From Octopus bimaculoides (taxonomy: Eukaryota): a stretch of DNA of 64,000 bases. The stretch lies in the NCBI RefSeq assembly GCF_001194135.2, contig NC_068998.1, positions 33,507,871 through 33,571,870 of the forward strand, in the 5' to 3' direction. The position numbers were made by a program, and so were the translations under genes. Below, one piece after another: positions 1-11,786 of the stretch. The first letter of the stretch is position 1, and each line of letters opens with the position of its first letter. The notes below the pieces were generated by a model. It searched no databases, was not told where the DNA came from, and was given only the letters and a program-made list of their open reading frames with translations.

Positions 1-746
1 AAACACCACACAACCTCATGTTTCTGCTCTCTCATCTGTCTTTTTACAGAGTTAGAAGTATGAGAGCGACATATTTATGAATATTAGTGATGAGAGGGAT
101 ATGAGAATGTGGGATGACTGATAAGAAGTACTCAATATTCTGAGATAAGTACCAATATTCGATGCAATATGGTTGACAAGCAACAAAGACAAGGGTTAAA
201 GAGTGCAATATATGGCAAAAATTTAAAAAAATAGAGAAGCACTGATGTTCTTAGTTTAAACTAACAGTATACTGCAGTGCAATTGATAAGAGGAGTGGAT
301 AAGTGAGAGATGTAATAAGAGCATGAGCAAGAAAGATGAAATATAGTTGAAAGGGTGATAGGTGATAATGGTATGGACAAAAGAGAGAGAGGCAAATGAT
401 AAAGCTATTTGATGCAAGGGACAAGAAAGATACAGGGATGGGTGATATAGGAGTTAGAGGCAATCAAAGAGGTCAATAATGTAGACTAGACATCAGGTAA
501 ACACTAACAGACAAATACATTAACACTGGTGCATAAATATAGATTATTCAGTTGTGGTGGTCAGTGGTTCAGAAATTTGTTGTTTTCTACTACACTCAAG
601 AAAAACGATTTGTTATATATTACCACAGGCCATTAATCACAATCTAAAAAGAATTAGTCCAAAATTTCAAAGTTTTTGAATTTTTATTGAATTCTATCAA
701 ATCTCATAAATGTTATTCTCTTCTTCATAACTATATACATATATTA

Positions 747-753
<7 letters not shown>

Positions 754-782
<29 letters not shown>

Positions 783-873
783 TGTATGTATGTATGTATG
801 TATGTATGTATGCATGCATATGTGTATATGTATATATACATGTGTGTGTGTATACACACACACATTTGCAGGG

Positions 874-922
<49 letters not shown>
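754..922. repeat. Compound microsatellite (TATG)n, (TA)n, (TG)n
   Basis: Read directly from the sequence. It generates the spurious MYVC/HTHT ORFs in the track. Confidence 0.97.
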
Positions 923-924
<2 letters not shown>

Positions 925-1797
925 CTAAAATGTGAGGAAAACCACTGAAATAGAAGTTTGAATATACATATATTCATGTATATATGTCTCAGACTAAACA
1001 GTACATTATAAATAAAATTTGATGGATGGAAACATACTGGATGCTTTTTTATTATGTATACACACACATGCACGCATGCATGCATACATATATACACACA
1101 TTTTTGTAAATATGTGTGTATAAATAGAAATGCCACTTCTACTGTTAAGTTTAGAGCTCCATGTAGATTATCATCACCAAGTTTGCTTCCAGTATAGTGG
1201 TTAAGCAACTACTATACTTAATAGCATTACTAGTTATGATTTACAAAACATGTTTAGGAGAAATTATGCTAAACACATGTTTATATTATTAGTTCTTACG
1301 TATGTTTCACCATCCTAGTTTTTTTTTTTAATGTGCATTGGATATTCCCTAGTGCAATTGTATGCTTAACCAAATGGATAATCAGGGGATATTTTATTGC
1401 ACTATGTCACAGAGAACTAATGAGACAAACAAGCAAATAGTACACAGAGTCAAACAAGTGAAAGCACATATCTGAAAAAGTGTAGATATATAAAGCAAGA
1501 AAAACAACAATCAATGCAGGGAAGAATGAAATCAAATACACCAAAGAAACACGTGCACATACGTAAAATCTAATGTCATGAGTCCCCATCCCACTGATAC
1601 TTTCCCTTCCTCACTAATTCCCTCTCTGTTTCTTTCCCTCTTTATTCTTCTCTTTATTTTTTAAACTTTTTCTCCTCCCCTTTCAATCTTCCTACTTTTT
1701 CCTTCTTGAATTCCACCCTTGTCCATCCCACTACTTAACTTTAGTGTGACCCAGATTGTGCATTCATGCAACCATGACGGCATCTATATACCTGTAC

Positions 1798-1798
<1 letters not shown>

Positions 1799-1868
<70 letters not shown>
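1799..1868. repeat. (CTAT)n microsatellite
   Basis: Perfect tetranucleotide array. Confidence 0.97.
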
Positions 1869-1869
<1 letters not shown>

Positions 1870-1891
1870 GCCAAACAAAATGCTAAGTAGA

Positions 1892-2248
1892 TTATGTCAT
1901 TGCATTATTTACTTTTGAAACAATAATATATGAATCTGAGGGTGCCTCCACACTATTTGAAAGCTTAACTAAAACATATGTATAAATGATCGTAATTAAA
2001 TTAAAGAAATAGTTTAAAATCTCACCTTTGTAGGTTTCATGCATATCAAAGAAAAAACCCTCCATACCTTTAGCCTGAAACTGCATGCAACTCGAAGTTG
2101 GTTCTTTACATGCATTCTTAATAGTTTGATTCTTATGGATTTTTGGGAGATTGTAGAAGTAGCTAGTCTTGCTATCAAAATGGGATAGGTAGTCACATTC
2201 TTTGTTTATTGAACCTTTTTGATTTAACGTAGCAGGGAACCTACACAC
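1892..2248 (-). mobile_element. Penelope-like element reverse transcriptase remnant (N-terminal part of RT)
   Basis: The ORF contains KECDYLSHFDSKTSYFYNLPKIHKNQTIKNACKEP, which matches the PLE RT motif FYGLPKIHK. The ORF is degraded beyond this. Confidence 0.7.
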
Positions 2249-2707
2249 ATTTATAAGACTGTAATGTGACTATCCTCTACCAATCAAATCCTATTCAAAG
2301 CATATATTAATTTGAGCCATGAACTTCCTATAAAAATGGGGCAAACTTCAAATACTAGTCAAAAGCTGCAACATGAGCCACGTCTTTCCTTTTTAACCTT
2401 TTTGAAAATCAGTGTAAACTGTGAAACCAGTGAAAGCTTCAAATACATTAATAAAGAATGCTTTAACTATTCTCAGGGCATTTTCAACTTCTATTTTTCC
2501 TATATTTCTACCCGTCTGGAATAAAATAGAGAGTCAACAATTATTGAAAAGGTTGCAAGATGCAATGAAAATTTTGGAAAAATAAATAAGCAAATGAGTG
2601 GAAATTTTACCAGTAAGTGTGTTAAATTATAATGCACTAAAAGAGAATGACTCTCCTCAGACAAAATGGAATAAAATAACTTTCTGTTATATATATATAT
2701 ATATATA

Positions 2708-3080
2708 AGGTTGAGGAGGGTATTGGATTTAACCAAACCCAAGAGGATACAGGTAATACCGAGTAAGTGCTGTATACCGATTAGTTTGCCCCAGTCGTTG
2801 TATGAACAGGATTGGGGATTATAAGTCGTGTATTAGCGTGTGTATATGTAAATATATAAAAATAAAAAGATAAAGAAAGCAATGGTAAGGTTGGAGAAGT
2901 ATTTTATGGATAGAGTCTTACAGCTGTTTCTGGGAAGATCCAGTACTTCCCTTCATCGGAGACGGAAAAAATAAAGTAATATATTATTATATCCATAGGC
3001 GGATATTTTTAGTATGAAGTGGTAAAGAGTGTGATGCGCTGAAAAAAGAGAGAACAGTACTTGAAGTGTAGTTTCATTCC
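2708..3080 (-). mobile_element. PLE terminal repeat (pseudo-LTR) fragment containing a hammerhead ribozyme; ends in (TA)n
   Basis: Homologous to 57621-57830 (shared cacttactc.g.attacctg and ca.gct.ata.a.gac.ta on the minus strand). It carries a hammerhead fold and abuts (TA)n at about 2688-2707 and a gap at 3081. Confidence 0.7.
2915..2963 (-). ncRNA. Minimal type-I hammerhead ribozyme (PLE-associated)
   Basis: Minus strand reads GTCT-CCGATGA-A-GGGAAG-tactggat-CTTCCC-A-GAA-ACAG/CTGT-A-AGAC. Helix I is GTCT/AGAC, helix II is GGGAAG/CTTCCC, helix III is the palindrome ACAGCTGT, the cleavage triplet is GUA, and the core has a U4C variant. Confidence 0.75.
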
Positions 3081-3678
3081 NNNNNNNNNNNNNNNNNNNN
3101 NNNNNNNNNNNNNNNNNNNNNNNNNNNNNNNNNNNNNNNNNNNNNNNNNNNNNNNNNNNNNNNNNNNNNNNNNNNNNNNNNNNNNNNNNNNNNNNNNNNN
3201 NNNNNNNNNNNNNNNNNNNNNNNNNNNNNNNNNNNNNNNNNNNNNNNNNNNNNNNNNNNNNNNNNNNNNNNNNNNNNNNNNNNNNNNNNNNNNNNNNNNN
3301 NNNNNNNNNNNNNNNNNNNNNNNNNNNNNNNNNNNNNNNNNNNNNNNNNNNNNNNNNNNNNNNNNNNNNNNNNNNNNNNNNNNNNNNNNNNNNNNNNNNN
3401 NNNNNNNNNNNNNNNNNNNNNNNNNNNNNNNNNNNNNNNNNNNNNNNNNNNNNNNNNNNNNNNNNNNNNNNNNNNNNNNNNNNNNNNNNNNNNNNNNNNN
3501 NNNNNNNNNNNNNNNNNNNNNNNNNNNNNNNNNNNNNNNNNNNNNNNNNNNNNNNNNNNNNNNNNNNNNNNNNNNNNNNNNNTTTGCATGTCTCTGTACA
3601 TAATCTGTCTTATATAAAACAGATTCATTAATATATGTATGTAATAGTGAGACTGTTTTAGATATAATTATATGCATT

Positions 3679-3724
<46 letters not shown>

Positions 3725-3728
<4 letters not shown>

Positions 3729-4844
3729 GTCATCTCATAAATAATGTGGTTCTTTTCAATTGCGTGAACTAAAAGTCAGAGAGGACATGGTAATATTCAG
3801 CATATTTTACTTTAAGAGTTCAATAAAGGTAACAATGCAATGGAAAGTGTGAGGAATATTAATGCAGTATATGGGGATTGGAAAATAAGTCTAAGCCAGT
3901 GTCAACAGTGGTTCACGAAATTCTGAGTCAGAAGACAAACCTAGTCCTGAAAAATCTATAGAGCTTGACAAGGATGTCCAGTAAACACTGGTGGAACAGA
4001 ATCCCATTGTAACTGCTGAAGATAGAGAAGCTTGGTTTTGGTCATTCAACCATACATCAACACCTGCGTACCATCAGAAAAGTCAGCAAATTGGGTCAAT
4101 GGGTTCCTTGCAAACTTTCCAAGTCTAATCGCACACAAAGAGTGAATGTGTGCTCTTCTTTGCTGTCACATCTCACGAATGAACACTTTTTTGATCGAAT
4201 AGTGACTGGTGATAAGAAATGGGTTTTCAATAAAAATATCAAGTGCTGAAGACAGTAGTTTGGGAAAGGAGAAACACCAGCACCCCAGGCTAAAGAGGGT
4301 CTCCACCTATGTAAGATGTTGTTATCTGTTTGGTGGGATATGAAAGGCTTTGTCCACTTTGAACTTTGAAACCCAAACCAAATGATAACAAAGGAGAGCT
4401 ACTGTGAGCAGCTTAAGTCCGTGGTAGAAGGTAAATGACCATCTTTGGTTTGAAAAGGAAGGGTGTTCTTTCATCAGGATAATACTCAGCCACATACAGC
4501 AAGGATGACATTCCAAAGACAGGAGCAGTTTGAATGGGAAACGATGCCCCACCCACCATATTTGCCAGACATTTCCCCATCTGATTATAATTTATTCCAC
4601 AGTCTTCAAAATCATTTGCATGGAAAAAATATGAATTCTGTAGACGAGGTCAGAACAGTACTTAAGAAGTATCCTTCATCATGGACCAATGAATTTTGGA
4701 AGAGGTGCCTTCAAAGTCTACCAGATAAATGGAAGAGCATTGTAGGAAATGAAGGAGAGTATATTTTAGATTTAAAAACAACTTTATCTTAATTTTGAAA
4801 AAAAAGAAGTAGTATAAAGAAAATCGCTTTATTGGATGACCCAA
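3725..4844 (+). mobile_element. Mariner (DD34D) DNA transposon, defective, with internal deletions
   Basis: TIRs ttgtgtcatctcataaataatg / ...ttattggatgacccaa are flanked by TA. Motifs present are GQWVP, DRIVTGDKKW, FHQDNTQPH and PYLPDISPSDYNLF, with 34 residues between D2 and D3. There are several stop codons. Confidence 0.93.
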
Positions 4845-5385
4845 TATANNNNNNNNNNNNNNNNNNNNNNNNNNNNNNNNNNNNNNNNNNNNNNNNNNNN
4901 NNNNNNNNNNNNNNNNNNNNNNNNNNNNNNNNNNNNNNNNNNNNNNNNNNNNNNNNNNNNNTATATATATATTAGTTTATGTATATATTAATATTATCTC
5001 AGTTTAAAAAAAAACCTTGACAATGTAAATATGTTAATAGTTACCATGGGTAGCAAAAATTACACAAAAAACCAGGATATCACACCCATTTTATAGGTAG
5101 AGATACCAAGTTAAAGTGATGCATTTTGAGTAGATATGAATAATAACAATAAATGGAGCAAGACGCATATAAATAAAAGTTCCTTTAATTCCTACATATG
5201 TTTCAAAATATGTGTGCTCTACTCCAAAGAAGTAAGAGCTGCTGGAATTCCACATTTATCCATTGTCAGGGAACCAACATATAGAAGCAAGACAAATTCT
5301 CTCCTTGTAAGCGTGTACATTATTATTATTATTAGTAGTATTATTAGTATTAGTATTATTATTTCTCAACTAAATATCCTGTACC

Positions 5386-5464
5386 TTGTTTTACCATTAA
5401 CTTGCGTTAATATCCGTATAATATATTATTATACGGATATTAACGCAAGTTAATGGTAAAACAA
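5386..5464. repeat. Perfect palindrome, 38-bp arms with a 3-nt loop, derived from the PLE terminal repeat
   Basis: 5386-5423 is the exact reverse complement of 5427-5464. The right arm aligns to 2977-3025. Confidence 0.9.
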
Positions 5465-6500
5465 ATCAAACCATTTACTAGTTGACATCTACTTCTAGTT
5501 TTGCTTAGTGGCTAGAAAACCCTACATATCCACCTCAGTAAGCGTTGACAACCCAATCTACACTTGTTTATTATCTTTTTTATGTCCACTTTATTATTTA
5601 CACCCACCCACCTCATTCTAAGTCTGGCATCTGCCCTGTTTATTCTCTCTTTTATTCTCTCTCCTATCTTTACATTTGTATCACCTAATTTCTTTGGATA
5701 GGAATACCAATTTACTAACCCTTTCTACTCTTACCCTCTACATTCTCAAGACAATACTACCCCTCATTATATTGCTTCATAAACATCTAGTACAATTCCC
5801 TTATCTATTCATCTATCTATCTTATACCAGAATATATCATTCATTCCTCCCTCTTCTCTCAGAACTGGATATCCTTTGATATACCGAACAGTATATATCT
5901 AATACAATGCTCTTATCTATCTATCTTTTCTCACACCAGAATGTATTATTTATTCCTCCTTTCAATATTCACACAACTGTGGAATTGCTAGCATTCATTC
6001 TCCCTCTGGAATGACTACCCCTCAATATACTGAACAATATATATATCCAATTCATACCCCTTACCCATCTTTCTTTTCTCTCACCAGAATGTATCTTTAT
6101 TCTTCCTCTCAGTATTTGCCCAACTTTGGATCTGCTAGCATTCCTTTTTATTTTCCTTCAGCATGGAGCACTGCATGGCCATTCTTTCATTCCTCTCACC
6201 ATGCCGGACTATCTAACATTCCTTTCTGATCGTGGACTTACCTAAAGAAGACCTGATCTAACTGGATTTAATTGGCTCTTCCCACCCTCCTGGACATAAT
6301 GAAGAATGTTTCTCATTGATGAGGAACCTTCTTCCATTGACTAACCCATATCTCTCCGATGACGGAATACCCAACTTACAGAGACTTCACTCAATATGAT
6401 GCTCCAGTAGCTGAGATATCCCAGAAACAGCTGTCAGAGACTATCTTTACTGTTTTGTACTATTTTTACCATTCATTGTGTAGCTAAATTTTAGATGTAA
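5465..6500 (+). mobile_element. PLE-type 3' region with about three degenerate ~145-bp internal repeats and a hammerhead
   Basis: CT-rich sequence with repeated units (accagaat.tat...tattc.tcct...gctagcattc) at about 5780-6160, and a hammerhead at 6351-6440. Confidence 0.55.
6351..6440 (+). ncRNA. Type-I hammerhead ribozyme with an expanded loop II
   Basis: TCTCT-CCGATGA-C-GGAATA...(47 nt)...TATCCC-A-GAA-ACAG/CTGT-C-AGAGA. Helix I is TCTCT/AGAGA, helix III is palindromic, and the cleavage triplet is GUC. Confidence 0.65.
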
Positions 6501-6672
6501 TTAAATGAAATTAAATGTCCTTGTCCTGCATTGCCTAATTGTTTGCCTTTCCTCACTACTTTAACATATATGTATAAATTTAAATAATAAGGGTGAAAAA
6601 TTGAATATTAATTTGATTAATATTAGTGGCCCAGCATATTGAAAAATCTGAAGATTCAGAAAAATTATATTA

Positions 6673-6908
6673 CATACATATAAGAGGGATGACCACTAAG
6701 TAGACATCCAGTATGCTAGATGTAGATCCCATATGGTCTGACCAATAAGAAAAGATTGTTCTCAAGAAAATTCAGCAAACGCCAAAACAGAATACTGGTG
6801 TTTGCTGAATTTTCTTGAGAACAATCTTTTCTTAATGGTTAGACCATATGGGGTCTACACCTAGCATAATGGATGTCCCCTTAGTGGCCATCCCTCTTAT
6901 ATGTATGC
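6673..6908. mobile_element. Fold-back MITE with ~110-bp arms, TA-flanked
   Basis: agagggatgaccactaag...cagcaaacgcca / tggtgtttgctg...cttagtggccatccctct, 11-nt spacer, few mismatches. Confidence 0.8.
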
Positions 6909-7397
6909 ATGTATGTATNNNNNNNNNNNNNNNNNNNNNNNNNNNNNNNNNNNNNNNNNNNNNNNNNNNNNNNNNNNNNNNNNNNNNNNNNNNNNNNNNN
7001 NNNNNNNNNNNNNNNNNNNNNNNNNNNNNNNNNNNNNNNNNNNNNNNNNNNNNNNNNNNNNNNNNNNNNNNNNNNNNNNNNNNNNNNNNNNNNNNNNNNN
7101 NNNNNNNNNNNNNNNNNNNNNNNNNNNNNNNNNNNNNNNNNNNNNNNNNNNNNNNNNNNNNNNNNNNNNNNNNNNNNNNNNNNNNNNNNNNNNNNNNNNN
7201 NNNNNNNNNNNNNNNNNNNNNNNNNNNNNNNNNNNNNNNNNNNNNNNNNNNNNNNNNNNNNNNNNNNNNNNNNNNNNNNNNNNNNNNNNNNNNNNNNNNN
7301 NNNNNNNNNNNNNNNNNNNNNNNNNNNNNNNNNNNNNNNNNNNNNNNNNNNNNNNNNNNNNNNNNNNNNNNNNNNNNNNNNNNNNNNNNNNNNNNNC

Positions 7398-7683
7398 GAA
7401 TGCCGGACCAATGGACCATACATACATATGTATATGTATATGGGAGAATTTACGAAAAAAACAACAGACGAGGACAGGTGGTGTAAACAGCAAATGGATG
7501 TATTAGTTTAACGCTTGGGAATAGAGAAAGTCTTTAATGTTTCGAGCTACGCTCTTCAACTGAAAGGAACACAGAAAGAAATAAGGAGAAAAACAAGGAG
7601 AAAAAAAATATAAATGTAGTGGTCTGCGATCTATCATGGCGAATGCCGGACCAATGGACCATACATACATATGTATATGTATG
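7398..7683 (-). mobile_element. Second PLE-like terminal-repeat unit (~243-bp period) with a decayed hammerhead
   Basis: gaatgccggaccaatggaccatacatacatatgtatatgtat occurs at about 7399 and 7641. A hammerhead-like fold lies at 7532-7566 on the minus strand. Confidence 0.5.
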
Positions 7684-7689
7684 TATTTG

Positions 7690-7900
7690 TATATGTTTCT
7701 GTGCATGTGTTTGTCCCCACTACATTGCCTGACAACCGATGCTAGTGTGTTTACGTCTCTGTAACTTAGCAGTTCAGTAAAAGTAACAATAGAATAAGTA
7801 TTAGGCTTACAAAGAATAAATCCTGGGGTGTATTTGCTTGACTAAAGATGGTGCTCCAGCATGACCACAATCAAATGAGTGAAACAACTAAAACAAAACA
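7690..7900 (+). mobile_element. tRNA-derived SINE, 3' half
   Basis: Matches the 3' half of the full copies at 15431 and 36638 (tttgtcccc...gatagaataagta...gtgctccagcatg...aaatgagtgaaac). Confidence 0.85.
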
Positions 7901-7909
7901 AAAGAAAGA

Positions 7910-7940
<31 letters not shown>

Positions 7941-10900
7941 TATTTGTGTGTACATACATACATGTATATTTCTATTTATATATATAAAACACATCATACA
8001 GACACTCACATCCTCTCTCTCTCTCACACACACACATATTTTATTAATGAGAGAGATGGAAGATGGAAGATATGAGAATGTCTATTAATCACTACAATTG
8101 TTTTGACCCATCATACATCAGTCCCTCATGGGTGGGATACTTACCAATTGGTTTAGGAGTATCCATTTATGTAGATGCATCTCTTCAGGTGATTACATGA
8201 TGTGTCTCATTAAAATAATGACTGTTCTGCAAGATGTCTTCTTGGTTTGAATATAAAAAAGCAGCAAGTTAAGGGATACAGTCTCATTTTTATACATGTA
8301 TGCACACATTTATATGTATGTATATGGGTGAAATGTGTGTGTGTGCATGTGCATGTATTTATGAGTGTACACATTTCTTTCCTACTATATGCATGAATAA
8401 AATTCATTGCATAAAGTTCTGAAAAAAATATACAATTGAATTATCTATCTAACCTATTGTTAAATAATAAAATAACTGAATAAACTATTGTTTTACAATC
8501 AAAAGGAAAAATAAAAGCAACTAATAATGAAATAGTTTGGAGCAAATCACTATGCCCTTTGGATGAGATGAAAACTTCACAAAAAAATTATCTTTTCATC
8601 TATATCTGTAAATATTTATGTATTTAAATATGAAAACAATAATCTTATTTCAGAATAGTTCTCTAAGGAAAACCAAAAAGTAAAAGATATAAATAGCATG
8701 TTTCTTTTAGTAGCTTTTTTTCTTCTGAAGGATATTTTACTTTTTTCAAAGGCAAAAAACGCTAGCAAACTATTGTTTGCTGCTTGGAGATAATCCTCAA
8801 GAGTTTTAAAATATTTTTAAAGAATGCTTTAAATGAAGACTTTTCTTTAATATTCTTTAATGGAATTATTTCAAAATTGTATTATCACATAAAAAAAAAA
8901 AGAAATTAATATAATTCATTCCATGATTCCCATCTTACAAATGTTTTAGTCCTCCGGTATTGATAGATGTGAACAAATCTTCCTTTATGCATAATTTAGG
9001 CATTTTTACTTGTATGCATTATCTTTTCTAGAAAATGCCAATGAATAAACATTTCACTTTTTATGTCAGACACTTTATTTTCTTAAAAATATTCTTTGCA
9101 TTATTATTTTCACAATTATCAATAAAATTTCCTTTTTCTTTTTTCAATTTTTTGCATCTCTGAAAATATTCTTGGAATAGGTAAGTCCACATAATTTGAA
9201 TATTTTTCAATTGATCCAGTATGACTGTAGTATTCTACTATTTTCAAATTCATTGTTGCTATGAAGAGTTTATCTAATTAATAAAATTATTTCTTAAAAT
9301 TTCGGTAACTAATATAGTTTTATTTTAATAATTTTGATTCATTTGGATTTTGAAAAAACAAAAACAAAAAGAAGACTAATTTATTTCAAAATGTGGAGAA
9401 TTAATTTTAATCTATTTTATAAAAGATTTATTGTGTTTTAATGTAATAGTATTTCAATTATATGCTAATATTGATCTTTAAGTATTCTGGGTATCTTTTA
9501 TCAAATGCCAAGAAAGTCAATATACAATGAATATGACATTAAATTGTTCAGGTTTTTCAGTATATCATGTATATTATCTGCTGTAAATATATCATGTTTT
9601 TTTTTTCAGTTTATGATAATCTTCATATTGACTTATGCATAAGTCACATTTGAGATAATATTTTATCAGTTAAAGGTTGGGTTTTGACAAAATGTGTGCA
9701 TAAAATCAGTTTTGCATGCTTTTTTAATAATCCTTAAAAAGAAGATCTTATTTTGTTCATGTATGCATGTATATTAATATTTTCTTGAAGTGTGGCAAAC
9801 ATTACTATACCAGATCCACGATATAGATTCAACCTTTTGTTAATATCATTCTACCTTTTGTTGAGACTACATTTGATTATGCTACTGATACTTTGTGGTG
9901 AAAGTACAGAGATCAAAATGTCCTTGTGATACATTTTTATCAAACTGTGTAAACTTGTGCCTATCAGAAAAAAAAAAAGAAAAAAATGTCAATATTGTTT
10001 TAGTTGCAGATTTGCACCTTGAATTAAAGTTCTATTTTATCATTGATAGTGTCCAACAGATTTTGTATGTCATATAGCTTACCAAATTTTGTGAGAAACA
10101 AAATTACATTTTACATGTTTTAAATTTTAATCAGTGAAATTCTTAAATAAACTGATGTTTTCATATAGAGAAATGGAACAGTTGACTGAAGTTTTTCTTT
10201 GCCGTGTATTCTGCGATGACAAATATATTTTATGTATGGTATGTTCAGTAGTAATTTCATATGTAAATAACTACGTCAAGTCCTTGATAAAGTTTCCTTG
10301 CATCATGTTTCAACTATGATCCCTTACTTTGCTCACTTCACCTCACTTATCTTAGCACATGCTATTTTATTCCATACAGAAAATCTTGGATTATTCAGAA
10401 GTTGTTCACCTTTATCAAATTGCAGATGTAAAAGGAATGATCTCTTGTGAAACCTGTCAGTTTCTTTGAAATTAACAATTGTTGTACTTTCATTTAGAAT
10501 AGTTTTGAGATTAGCATTCTTCAATATTACTTATGGATTTCCCATGAATTATCTTTCCCCATTCTTTTCTGGATATTTCTTTAAAGTAACCACTATAAGA
10601 AAATTAAATTCTATGTCTCTTATCTTCACCTGATAAATTTGATACAGAGAATTATTATCACAAAGTAGACAACAGCTTTTTCTGACTTATAGTGGTTATA
10701 CCATGAAGAAACAAGTCTCTTTTCAATTTTACCTCAATGTATTGCTACAGCGTTGATGAATGTCTTTCGATGTATACAGTTAAACTATCACTTACACAAC
10801 AGTGTGTAGTCAGAAAACTGCATTTTTTCATTGAACTCCTTACTTCTTAATACTGTAATACCCTACAATAACACAACTTAGAAACATACAAATGTAAGCA

Positions 10901-11472
10901 TGAGCACACACACACTTCACACGCATACAAACACAGACACATTATCACTTTTTTGTTAATTTCTTCATGTACCATTTCATAGTTAAGGACAGTATCCATT
11001 TGGTGATGAGTGTATTCTCCTGAAAAGCTCAATGTGCGCTGGAATATTGTGCATTTACTATTAGCCACTGACCAAAGATCCAAGTTAGCAGATTCATTGT
11101 AAATATTGGCCAAAACAACTGAGAACTTTACTTTGTGGTTAGTTCATAAAATATTGCATTTTTAATGTACTAATATTCCATACATTAAATATGCCCACAC
11201 CCACTAGACTAGTGCTTATCATGTGTATGAATCATCAGAAATATTTAATTTCTAGAGTAGTTCTATTTTTCTGCATCAATAAATATGTTTCTCTGTATAT
11301 TTAGATTTTGATGTCAATGTCAGAGTCTGGGTGTGGCCATTGTACTTTTGAAATTGGTAGCTCCAATTATTATCAATACTATTGATGAATAAATTATTGA
11401 AATAAATACCCTAGTTATTTATTTCAATAAATATCCAAGATATATCAATAATTTATATGTATGTGTATATAT

Positions 11473-11658
11473 ATTAGAAAAAATAATAAGGTACTCAGAT
11501 ACCTGGATGGTTATATGTTTACATATTTTTATTACTATGTCACAGAATCTACTAGAATAGATGCAAACGCTAATTTATAAAAACATGTGACATAGTAATA
11601 AAAATCTGTAAATGTACAACCATCCAGATATCTGAGTACCTTATTATTTTTTCTAATA
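11473..11658. mobile_element. Hairpin MITE with ~72-bp arms
   Basis: tattagaaaaaataataaggtactcagata...actatgtcaca / tgtgacatagtaata...tatctgagtaccttattattttttctaata. Confidence 0.8.
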
Positions 11659-11689
11659 CATAATTCTTGTACATCACCTCCAAACCTTC

Positions 11690-11741
<52 letters not shown>

Positions 11742-11786
11742 GTGTATACATATATATAGGTATATATATATATATATAATTATTAT

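Noticed and set aside
9070-9186. Plus-strand exon candidate ending in a strong GGAATAG|gtaagt donor
   Set aside because: All three frames from the only upstream acceptor contain a stop, so it is not supportable as coding.
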